This document shows positions 55,754-64,000 of a stretch of 64,000 nt of DNA, piece after piece. Position 1 is the first letter of the stretch, and each line of letters opens with the position of its first letter. The stretch comes from Puniceicoccales bacterium (GTDB lineage: Bacteria > Verrucomicrobiota > Verrucomicrobiia > Opitutales > JAIRLM01), in contig JAIRLM010000025.1 of NCBI GenBank assembly GCA_031259325.1, positions 612-64,611 on the forward strand, written 5' to 3'. Under the pieces are notes generated by a model that had not been told where the DNA came from, searched no databases, and saw nothing but the letters and a program-made list of their open reading frames with translations. Both the position numbers and the translations under genes were made by a program.

Positions 55754-56944
55754 TTAGGCGGTCACCTCAGTTACCCGTCCGGCGCCGACCGTACGACCGC
55801 CCTCGCGAATGGCAAAGCGCTGGCCCTTTTCCATGGCAATTGCCTTCTGTAGCTCAACGGTGACGCTCAAATTGTCACCGGGCATCACCATCTCCGCGCC
55901 TTCGGGAAGAGTTAAAATGCCGGTCACATCCGTCGTTCGGAAATAAAACTGTGGCCGATAGCCGTTAAAAAATGGCGTGTGCCGTCCGCCTTCATCCTTG
56001 GTGAGCACGTAAATTTCCGCCTTGAACTTCGTATGCGGCAGGATGCTCCCAGCCTTTGCTAACACCTGGCCGCGCTCCACCTGGTCCTTTTCGACGCCGC
56101 GCAACAGCAAGCCCACGTTATCCCCGGCCTGGCCCTGGTCGAGCAGCTTGCGGAACATTTCCACGCCCGTCACCACGGTTTCGCGCGTCTCGTTCAAGCC
56201 GACAATTTGCACGCCATCGCCCACCTTAATAATGCCGCGCTCGATGCGCCCGGTGGCCACGGTTCCGCGCCCGGTAATGGAGAAAACGTCTTCCACGGAC
56301 ATGAGGAATGGCTTATCGATTTCCCGCACCGGCTCCGGAATGTCCTTGTCAATGGCATCCAAAAGTGCGCCGATGGCGGCGATTCCCTCCGGCTTTCCTT
56401 CCAAAGCGGCGAGGGCGGATCCGCGGATGATGCTGATGTTGTCCCCGTCGAATTCGTACTTACTCAAAAGGTCCCGAACCTCCATCTCCACCAGATCTAG
56501 CAGCTCCGGGTCGTCCAATAGGTCCACCTTATTCAAGAACACCACGATCTTCGGCACGCCCACCTGCCGAGCGAGGAGGATGTGCTCCCGCGTCTGAGGC
56601 ATGGGACCATCCGCGGCGCTGACCACCAAAATGGCACCATCCATTTGTGCGGCACCAGTAATCATGTTCTTAACAAAATCCGCGTGCCCCGGGCAGTCCA
56701 CGTGCGCGTAATGCCGCTTGTCACTCTCATACTCCACGTGCGAGACGGCAATGGTCACCGTCTTCGTTTCGTCGCGGACGGTTCCGCCCTTTGTAATATC
56801 CGCGTAGGACTTAAATTGGGCCAAACCTTTGTCAGACTGCACTTTGAGCAGCGCAGTGGTGAGCGTCGACTTACCATGGTCAACGTGCCCAATGGTCCCG
56901 ACGTTCACGTGGGGCTTCGTCCTCTGAAAGTTTTCCTTAGCCAT
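55754..56944 (-). CDS. tuf: translation elongation factor Tu
   Basis: [25 protein letters not shown]; 396 aa. Confidence 0.98.
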   Translation of the reverse strand: MAKENFQRTKPHVNVGTIGHVDHGKSTLTTALLKVQSDKGLAQFKSYADITKGGTVRDETKTVTIAVSHVEYESDKRHYAHVDCPGHADFVKNMITGAAQMDGAILVVSAADGPMPQTREHILLARQVGVPKIVVFLNKVDLLDDPELLDLVEMEVRDLLSKYEFDGDNISIIRGSALAALEGKPEGIAAIGALLDAIDKDIPEPVREIDKPFLMSVEDVFSITGRGTVATGRIERGIIKVGDGVQIVGLNETRETVVTGVEMFRKLLDQGQAGDNVGLLLRGVEKDQVERGQVLAKAGSILPHTKFKAEIYVLTKDEGGRHTPFFNGYRPQFYFRTTDVTGILTLPEGAEMVMPGDNLSVTVELQKAIAMEKGQRFAIREGGRTVGAGRVTEVTA

Positions 56945-56973
56945 GATGCTTTTCCTTGAGTTTTCCTTTTACC

Positions 56974-57049
<76 letters not shown>

Positions 57050-57443
57050 CCTAAGGGCGCCTTCCGCACCCCACTTGAAGGGCAAGGTGTCCTTGTGAAA
57101 AAAACACGTCAAGTCTTTATTCGAGGATCACCGTCAAAAATTTTTAACCTTTCGTCGAAAAAATCTAAAAATCGGCTCCAACCTCGACGCGTTCAAAGAG
57201 GTGAAGCGATTCAACGCGACCACGCACGCAACTGATATACATATTTATCGCTGAAAATCGCCTTCGCGATTGTTGGAGAAAATCGAGGTGTTATCAATCA
57301 AATGCAGATAGCAAAGGGCAAAAACGAAATTGCCGCCATCATAAGACTTTTACAGGCAACGGATTATCCGAGTATGGTAAATTAGAGCTTTTGAGGACGT
57401 CAAAATCGTGGTCCTGTGAATCCCGCAATTCATACGGCGAAAA

Positions 57444-58715
57444 ATGACCAAAAACAGACCTTCGCAAGAGGTCCATTTTCAAGAAAGGCAATCAAGTCAG
57501 TGGTGCAAAATTAACGGGCCCTGGGCGTTGGAAGCAAATCTTGATTACTTGCTTGACAAAAGTAATCTCACGACAGAATATGCGCGAATGTTTTCAGGAG
57601 TTAGTGTACGGCAGAATGCTGGCGGTGTCGTTGGCGAACATGTCCCATGCGTTTCTTCGCCGCAGTTAACCTCTCCGGTTTTTACAGGGAACGGTGATGC
57701 GGTTCATCTGTGCATACCAATGCGCATCTGGCTCCAAATTCAACGTTTGTTGCAATTTATTTTTCCACGCCTTCTTTTTAGGTCGTTCTCGGCATCGGCA
57801 TGTTGTGCCACTGTTGCGCAAGGTCCACAGTGTGCTGGAGATGGGTTGGCCGCTGGTGGCGGTGAACCCGCCAGAGGAACTTTGATTGATTGTCCATCGT
57901 CGATTCCATGCGAAGAACGCGATGAGCCAAATGAAAATCCTGCTAAAGTCGTGTTGGCCAGCTCGAAGATGGAGCCAGAGATCGACCACGACAACGGAAT
58001 TTACGACAAATTTCAATATCCACTAAAATGCGTTTCTTCTGTGCCACTCCCGTGTGATGAATGCGGAGAAGTGCCAAAAAGCGCTGCCAGGGAAGCGGAT
58101 AGGTTTTTCGTCGTTCCTTATTTTGGGCTAGGAGGACATATGAGCGTTGGGTTAGTGTCGCATATCATGCCGGGGACTGATGGTTCCATAGTGGTGACGC
58201 ATGAAGGTTGTATGAAGGTGCACGAGTTCGTTGGGGGTCTTCATGGTGCTCCTACCTCGGTCGTTAATATGGCGTATGAGTCTGTTACTCAAATGGTGGT
58301 CGGTATGGGGGACACTGCGAAGCGGCAATGGATTTTGCTACTTGTGGTGGCCTTGTGTAATGCGAAAGGTAAGTATGGGAGCGATCTTGAAAAGGAGCGG
58401 CAACTCCAGAATGGGATCGGTGAGCTGCTTTCCTTGTCGCAAACGTATAAGACTCCAACTGAAGCAAGAAATGACGCAGAAGTCGCAAGAGCAATGGCTG
58501 ATAAGGAAGAAGCGGATGCCAGGTGTGCTGCGGCGCACAAGGTGTTTGTCGAGGCTAGCAGCGGAGTACAAGTATGTGCCGCGGAAAGCGACGCGGAAGT
58601 GGCGCGCATCAGACGTGAACAGAGAGAGGCCGATGCGGAATTGAGGAAAAGGCTCGAAAAATTGAATGACGGTTTTTTTGTTATGCTTGGCAAACGACTT
58701 TTTAGAAGTAGCTGA
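57444..58715 (+). CDS. orphan hypothetical protein (low GC) with C-terminal helical repeat region
   Basis: 423-aa ORF with ATG at 57444. No family recognised. The C-terminal part has two related units, NDAEVARAMADKEEADARC and SDAEVARIRREQREADAELRK. It is the only plus-strand gene between the tuf cluster and the suf operon. Confidence 0.55.
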   Translation: MTKNRPSQEVHFQERQSSQWCKINGPWALEANLDYLLDKSNLTTEYARMFSGVSVRQNAGGVVGEHVPCVSSPQLTSPVFTGNGDAVHLCIPMRIWLQIQRLLQFIFPRLLFRSFSASACCATVAQGPQCAGDGLAAGGGEPARGTLIDCPSSIPCEERDEPNENPAKVVLASSKMEPEIDHDNGIYDKFQYPLKCVSSVPLPCDECGEVPKSAAREADRFFVVPYFGLGGHMSVGLVSHIMPGTDGSIVVTHEGCMKVHEFVGGLHGAPTSVVNMAYESVTQMVVGMGDTAKRQWILLLVVALCNAKGKYGSDLEKERQLQNGIGELLSLSQTYKTPTEARNDAEVARAMADKEEADARCAAAHKVFVEASSGVQVCAAESDAEVARIRREQREADAELRKRLEKLNDGFFVMLGKRLFRSS

Positions 58716-58854
58716 TTCGTGGGCAGGGTGGCATGATTTGTACTTTTTTTGGTGTCTGCGAATGTTTCTCCGTGGATGAGGTGCAGGTACTGGGTGTGCG
58801 CCTTTGCCGTTGACTTTGCGGCGTGGCCCGTGAGTTAGTCGTGGTCGGATATCC

Positions 58855-59589
58855 ATGCGTGACGTGTTGGCTATTAGGGATTTGTATTTAAATGTTGCTG
58901 GAAAGGCCGTCCTGTACGGGTTGTCGTTGGCCATTCCCGCTGGCGAAATTCATGTGATCATGGGGCGAAATGGATCCGGGAAGAGCTCCCTCTTGCACGC
59001 GCTTGTGGGACAAATTCCGGTTGCGTCGGGGGCGGTCACCCTCGATGGGGAATCTTTGTTGGAATTGCCGCAGGAGGTTATCGCGCGGAAGGGCCTTTTC
59101 CTCGCATTTCAAATGCCAGTGGCGCTGCCGGGAGTTACCGTCACTCAACTACTCCGGGCAGCGTTGCAGGCACGCCAGGAAAAGGGAAAACTCTTCAACC
59201 ACATGCAATTTCATGACGACCTCGAAGCGGCCATGGAGCTCATGGGAATGGACCCCAGCTGGGCCAATCGCCACGTGAACGATGGTTTTTCCGGGGGCGA
59301 GCGGAAGCGTTGCGAAATGTTGCAGGCGATCATGTTGAAACCCAAATATGTGCTGCTGGATGAGATTGACAGCGGGTTGGACGTGGACGCGACTGGAATC
59401 ATGGTGAATGCCATTCGCCTTCTGCAACGGCGCGGAACGGGGATACTAATTGTGACGCACCACAGTCGATGGCTGGAGGCGCTCAATCCCAACGGCGTGC
59501 ATCTTTTGTCGGACGGGGTCATTCTCCGCTCGGGGGATATGGAATTGGCGCGGACAATAGAGCTCGAGGGATTTCAGGCGGTGCAATGA
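58855..59589 (+). CDS. sufC: Fe-S cluster assembly ATPase SufC
   Basis: Walker [11 protein letters not shown]; ABC signature [13 protein letters not shown]; Walker [13 protein letters not shown]. Confidence 0.95.
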   Translation: MRDVLAIRDLYLNVAGKAVLYGLSLAIPAGEIHVIMGRNGSGKSSLLHALVGQIPVASGAVTLDGESLLELPQEVIARKGLFLAFQMPVALPGVTVTQLLRAALQARQEKGKLFNHMQFHDDLEAAMELMGMDPSWANRHVNDGFSGGERKRCEMLQAIMLKPKYVLLDEIDSGLDVDATGIMVNAIRLLQRRGTGILIVTHHSRWLEALNPNGVHLLSDGVILRSGDMELARTIELEGFQAVQ

Positions 59590-60977
59590 GCGAAAATTTA
59601 GAGGAATTTGCCACACCAGGTAATTTTTCCTACGCGACGGAATATGCCCACGATGCCGGCCGGGGACTCCGCGAGGAAACGGTGCGCTACATTTCCAAGG
59701 TCAAGAACGAGCCGCGCTGGCTGTTGAATTTTCGCCTGCGGGCGCTGAAGATTTTTGAGGCAATGCCCATCCCTCCGTGGATTCCCGTCGACCTCGCGCC
59801 GTTGCAATTTGACCAAATTCGCTACTATTTGGCCAAGGATCAGGAGCCCAAGCGCCGCTGGGAGGATGTGCCGGATGAGGTTAAGGCCACCTTTGACCGG
59901 TTGGGCGTGCCGGAAAACGAACGGAAATTTTTAGCCGGCGTGGAAGCGCAATTTGACAGCGAAATGGCCTATGCCAGCTTGCGCCAGTCACTTGCCGAAA
60001 AGGGCGTAATTTTTGTCAATTCCACCGAGGGTCTACTGCAGCATGAATCCATTTTCCGTCCGCATTTTGGAAAAGTCGTACCACCGGCGGATAATAAGTT
60101 CAGCGCCCTTAATAGCGCGGTTTTTAGCGGAGGCAGTTTCATTTATATTCCCAAGGGCGCAAAGCTTGAACAACCGCTTCAGGCCTATTTCCGCATCAAT
60201 GCGGAACAATTTGGGCAATTTGAACGCACGCTCATCATTGTAGATGAGGACGCGGAAGTTACTTATTTGGAGGGATGCACGGCGCCGCGCTTCGAATCGT
60301 CCACCTTGCATGCGGCGGTGGTGGAACTGATTGCCATGCCGCGGGCAAAGGTCCAATACATCACCGTGCAAAATTGGTCCAGCAACGTCTATAACCTGGT
60401 TACCAAGCGCGGCACCGCCCGTGAATCCGCGGAAATTCGCTGGATCGACTGCAACATCGGCTCCCGTCTAACTATGAAATATCCCTGCGTCGTGCTCGCC
60501 GGGACCCGTGCCAGGGGCGAAATGGTCTCCATCTCCGTCGCCCACCATGGCCAATATCAGGATACGGGCGCCAAAATGATTCACAATGCGAGTCACACAA
60601 GCTCCCACATCATGGCCAAGTCTATTTCCATTCAAGACGGTGTCGCCGCCTACCGGGGGACTACCCGGGTGGCAAAAAGTGCGAAAAACTGCAAAAATTA
60701 CACCCGCTGCGACGCGCTAATGATTCACCCGGAAAGCGTCTCCAAAACAAGCCCGACCCTCGACGTCAACGGCAACCTGGCTCAGGTGCAACACGAGGCA
60801 ACCGTATCCCGCGTTTCCGACGAACAAATACGTTATTTGCGCCAGCGGGGCCTCGGCGAATCCCAGGCCATGGGTTTGCTTGTGAACGGATTTCTCAACG
60901 AATTGCTGAGGGAGTTTCCCATGGAATATGGCGTGGAACTTAAGCGGCTCATGGAGATGGAGATGGAGCAACGGTGA
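59586..60977 (+). CDS. sufB: Fe-S cluster assembly scaffold SufB
   Basis: ATG at 59586 overlaps the sufC stop (ATGA) and gives [16 protein letters not shown]... Conserved [26 protein letters not shown] and ...[16 protein letters not shown]... The track ORF opens upstream at 59469. Confidence 0.95.
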   Translation: MSENLEEFATPGNFSYATEYAHDAGRGLREETVRYISKVKNEPRWLLNFRLRALKIFEAMPIPPWIPVDLAPLQFDQIRYYLAKDQEPKRRWEDVPDEVKATFDRLGVPENERKFLAGVEAQFDSEMAYASLRQSLAEKGVIFVNSTEGLLQHESIFRPHFGKVVPPADNKFSALNSAVFSGGSFIYIPKGAKLEQPLQAYFRINAEQFGQFERTLIIVDEDAEVTYLEGCTAPRFESSTLHAAVVELIAMPRAKVQYITVQNWSSNVYNLVTKRGTARESAEIRWIDCNIGSRLTMKYPCVVLAGTRARGEMVSISVAHHGQYQDTGAKMIHNASHTSSHIMAKSISIQDGVAAYRGTTRVAKSAKNCKNYTRCDALMIHPESVSKTSPTLDVNGNLAQVQHEATVSRVSDEQIRYLRQRGLGESQAMGLLVNGFLNELLREFPMEYGVELKRLMEMEMEQR

Positions 60978-61615
60978 TGGAGTGTGAAAAACTTAGCACG
61001 GTGTTGCCCGCCGATGGTATTTTGAATGCGCCAGACGGATTTTGCTTCATCGATGACCTTCCCGCGGAAGCGAGTTACGAATTGCGGTTGGATACCCATA
61101 CGCACTGCAAATTCGTCCTCCACCTGGGTCCGCAGGGGCAACACATTCGAAGGCGGACAATTTTTTCCCTTTGCGGCGAAAATGCCAAGTTGGACGCCCA
61201 TGTGCTCATTCAAGCGGCTGGGAATCAGTGCATCGAATGGCTGGGAATTCAGCGGCATTTGGTCAAAAATACGGAATCAAATCTGCTCATTAAATCCACT
61301 GCCGAAAATGGGGCAAAAATTTCCATCATTTCTAAAATTATCATTGATGCCCCCGCCACGGAATCGTGCGCACATTTTCAAAATAAAAATCTAGTCCTTT
61401 CCAGTCGCGCGCGGGTAATTGCCCGGCCGGAATTGGAAATTCATGCCAACGATGTGCACTGTTCCCACGGCGCGACAATTGGCGGAATAGACCCAACGGA
61501 GGAATTTTATTTGCGATCCCGTGGGATTTCCCAACGAGCCGCAAAGACCATCCTTCAACGCGCATTTGCCGAAGAAATTTTATGCCAAATGCCGAATGAT
61601 GCGCCTTACAATTAA
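60974..61615 (+). CDS. sufD: SufD-like Fe-S assembly protein, short form (~212 aa)
   Basis: C-terminal SufBD motif [51 protein letters not shown] 60974 or ATG 60977 overlaps the sufB stop. Confidence 0.85.
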   Translation: MMECEKLSTVLPADGILNAPDGFCFIDDLPAEASYELRLDTHTHCKFVLHLGPQGQHIRRRTIFSLCGENAKLDAHVLIQAAGNQCIEWLGIQRHLVKNTESNLLIKSTAENGAKISIISKIIIDAPATESCAHFQNKNLVLSSRARVIARPELEIHANDVHCSHGATIGGIDPTEEFYLRSRGISQRAAKTILQRAFAEEILCQMPNDAPYN

Positions 61616-61633
61616 GTCCAGCAAGTCTTCATG

Positions 61634-62263
61634 TTAAACATTTTCGGCTAGAAAGGTTTTAAACTTTTCCTGATCTTCAACTGAATCACAGTAGGCGATT
61701 TGGCAATATTCGTGGGATGCGATGTACTTCGCAAGGTCGTTATTGGGAATGGGGAACGGGTCGGATTGGTACGAATCCAATACAATCCATTGGCCGGTTG
61801 TCAGCCGGCGGAGACATGCAAAATGTCCGTTGCTGCCAATAATGGCGCGATCTGCACCATTGGGTAAATTGTTCTCCTTGAGCGCAACGGCAAGGGGCCC
61901 GTTGCCATCGCACATATCCGGATCGTTTCTCCCTAAAACCTCGGCCAATTGGACGATAGTCGGAAGTTTTTTAAGTTTATTTATCAGGAACAGCCTAACT
62001 GTTTGGTCCTACAAACTCAAGGAGCGGACTTCCCAGGAACCTAACCGGTTCCTTTGCGAACTCTGCTCCTTGAGTTTGCGGGACCGAACAACTAAATCGC
62101 TCAATTTAATTCCAGGAGAAAAAGGGACGAAACAATTAATTGTCCCGCTTGCCACGTGCGCATATATTTCATCGGTGTTAATTTTCTTGCCACTAGCCAC
62201 TTTTAGTGCGATGTTACGCAAGGTATCACACCAATATCCTATATTAACTCTCGACAAGACCAC
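61634..62263 (-). pseudogene. papain-fold cysteine-peptidase-like frame interrupted by one in-frame TAG (or a shorter intact CDS ending at 61634)
   Basis: Track ORFs 62009..62263 and 61634..61948 share one frame. The only interruption is TAG at 62009..62011. The downstream part carries GHFACLRRLTTGQWIVLDS (His, then Asp 16 residues later). The downstream 'M' is a TTG codon. Confidence 0.35.
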
Positions 62264-62296
62264 AACACCAAATATTATTGCATAACGATGATGGCG

Positions 62297-63637
62297 TCAA
62301 GTAGTAAAATTTCCTAACCGAATTCTTGAAAAGAATTTCTTAAACATCCGCTGTATACGATATAAAATTTCCATGGAAATGTGCTCATTGGGACTGTGAA
62401 TTTGTGCATCCGGCGGGACGGCACCGACTAAAATGGAATCCGCTCCGCAAATGGATTTGAATGCATCCACGATTCCGATACTTCCACCCTCACGCAGGTG
62501 AAGCGGCGCTTTTCCATACGCCGTTTCAATTGAATGTTCCATGCGGTAAAATAATTCCAGAAATGTTGATGACACATTAGCAAAATCAATGGCATAGGGT
62601 GCACCAAAACACTTCACAGCCAACGTTAAATCGGCGTATTTTGGTGCATGCCTTCGAATAAACTGCTCCACCAATTGGGCGATTTTTTGTGGATTTTGCC
62701 CATTAGCCACGCGGGCGGTGATGTTTGCGGAGGCTTCCGCGGGAATGATGGTTTTTGCCGACCCTCCGCGAATGCCATTGATTTCCAGTGACGGCATAAA
62801 CGCATGGATGCTACGCGGCAGGTACAGTGGGAAAAAATTCGCAACGGCGCGGGTCCCCATGGCTTCCGGGAAAGGAACTTCAAAGTCCTCCAAAAACTGA
62901 AATGTTAGGTGTTCCTGCTTGGTCGGGGGAGTAACGTCCTCATAAAATCCATTCACGGCCACGCGCCCGCATTTGTTGTGCAACTTGGCGCAGAGACGGG
63001 TCAATTCGTGGATTGCATTTGGAAGCGCGCCGCCAAAGCCCGAGTGCAAATCCCGAAGTCCCGTGCGGAGGGTCAGCTCAAATGATACGATGCTTCGAAG
63101 TCCCGTGGTCAACGCCGGTATGTCATCGGAGATGCTTCCCGTATCTGCAATGAGGACGGCATCGGCGCAAATTTGTTTGTCTTTTAAAAACTCTTCGACG
63201 TGCGGACTTCCTATTTCCTCCTCGCCCTCGATGACGACGGTAATGTCAATGGCATCATCCATTCCGGCGTCTGCCAATCCGTAAAGCATGGCCGCCATGG
63301 GGCCCTTATCATCGGCGACTCCCCGGCCATGGGCGATTCCGTCCTCCACCGTTAGCTGAAAGGGATCCGTTTCCCATTTTTCCAACGGATCCGCCGGTTG
63401 CACGTCGTAGTGGCCATAGAGCAGGAGCCTTATCCGAGGAGATGCCGCGCGTCGGTGGGCAAAAACGATTGGATGACCATCTGGGATTGGCACAATTTCC
63501 GCAAAAAAATTCATGGCCTGCAGGTGATTCACCAGGAATTGCGCAGTTTTTTCCATGGCTCCTGGTCGAGGCGCCAGGGAAACGCTTTCCAGCGCGATGT
63601 ATTTGGCCAAAAAATCTTCTAATGATGGCAGGGTCAT
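62297..63637 (-). CDS. M20-family metallopeptidase (dipeptidase/ArgE-DapE-like)
   Basis: LLLYGHYDVQPADPLEKWETDPFQLTVEDGIAHGRGVADDKGPMAAML and VVIEGEEEIGSP metal-ligand motifs; 446 aa. Confidence 0.9.
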   Translation of the reverse strand: MTLPSLEDFLAKYIALESVSLAPRPGAMEKTAQFLVNHLQAMNFFAEIVPIPDGHPIVFAHRRAASPRIRLLLYGHYDVQPADPLEKWETDPFQLTVEDGIAHGRGVADDKGPMAAMLYGLADAGMDDAIDITVVIEGEEEIGSPHVEEFLKDKQICADAVLIADTGSISDDIPALTTGLRSIVSFELTLRTGLRDLHSGFGGALPNAIHELTRLCAKLHNKCGRVAVNGFYEDVTPPTKQEHLTFQFLEDFEVPFPEAMGTRAVANFFPLYLPRSIHAFMPSLEINGIRGGSAKTIIPAEASANITARVANGQNPQKIAQLVEQFIRRHAPKYADLTLAVKCFGAPYAIDFANVSSTFLELFYRMEHSIETAYGKAPLHLREGGSIGIVDAFKSICGADSILVGAVPPDAQIHSPNEHISMEILYRIQRMFKKFFSRIRLGNFTT

Positions 63638-63736
63638 AGCATTGAAACTATATTCGTGAAATGATTCCCGCTTGATTTCGCAAGACGGACTTTACAAGTG
63701 GGGATTTTTATTTTCGAGTCCTCGCACGTGGTGGCG

Positions 63737-64000
63737 ATGGATGGGATTAGTCTAACCGATGAGCATCAGCGGGCGATTGACCTAATTGTCGCGCGGCAAA
63801 ATGTGGAAATCTGTGGGAAGGCGGGTTGCGGGAAGAGTACGTTCACCAATGTGATCCTTCGGGACCTCCTCCGCGGGCAGCAGTTATCCTTTGCCTACGT
63901 GGCCCCAACTGGTATGGCGGCGATTAATGTTGGCGGCAGCACCATTCATTCATTTTTTGGATTCAAGATTGTTGATGTATTTCACCCGGAGATCACCGGA
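63737..64000 (+). CDS. RecD/Pif1-like superfamily-1 helicase, 5' partial (runs off the window)
   Basis: ATG at 63737. MDGISLTDEHQRAIDLIVARQNVEICGKAGCGKST (Walker A) and YVAPTGMAAINVGGSTIHSFFG (motif Ia). The frame is open to position 64000. Confidence 0.75.
   Translation, partial: MDGISLTDEHQRAIDLIVARQNVEICGKAGCGKSTFTNVILRDLLRGQQLSFAYVAPTGMAAINVGGSTIHSFFGFKIVDVFHPEITG

Overview
This 64-kb window comes from a moderately GC-rich bacterium. It is probably a member of the Planctomycetes-Verrucomicrobia-Chlamydiae (PVC) type lineages. That guess is tentative and rests on a 'small basic protein' gene, a CesT-like secretion chaperone and Inc-like membrane proteins. Five blocks are visible.

(1) 1-5.3 kb: tRNA-Cys, a signal-peptide HAD-like protein, then a minus-strand housekeeping string. 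The string is a membrane protein, plsY, an orphan GspE-type ATPase, the small basic protein and an RluA-family pseudouridine synthase.

(2) 5.4-17.0 kb: one tightly overlapping minus-strand operon of 15 phage-derived genes. It encodes small and large terminase, a Mu gp29/DUF935-type portal, a Mu gpI-type protease/scaffold, a decoration-like protein, a capsid, connectors, a fibre and unassigned tail-end proteins. I could recognise no integrase, transposase, replication, lysis, sheath, tube or tape-measure gene. This is my main candidate for something unusual: a GTA-like or domesticated particle, or a defective short-tailed element. A 5x TTGG array with an exact 9-bp period lies in its upstream region.

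(3) 17.2-25.0 kb: a lower-GC accessory island. It holds an Inc-like protein with a bilobed hydrophobic domain and a large orphan protein. It also holds a CesT-like chaperone immediately followed by a GspE/GspF pair without pilins or secretin, and another orphan.

(4) 25.2-57.05 kb, minus strand: ispE, hup, then an uninterrupted 39-gene translation/transcription super-cluster. It runs tRNA-Thr, tuf, tRNA-Trp, secE, nusG, rplKAJL, rpoBC, rpsLG, fusA, then the S10/spc/alpha operons to rplQ.

(5) 57.4-64 kb: a low-GC orphan, sufC-sufB-short sufD, a peptidase-like frame interrupted by an in-frame TAG, an M20 peptidase and the 5' end of a RecD/Pif1-like helicase.

I saw no rRNA, CRISPR array, IS element or integrase. 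The 'M' in the ORF track is sometimes a TTG or GTG codon. I re-picked starts where an ATG or GTG with a Shine-Dalgarno (SD) sequence or a start/stop overlap is visible. All family assignments come from motif recognition by eye, not from searches.
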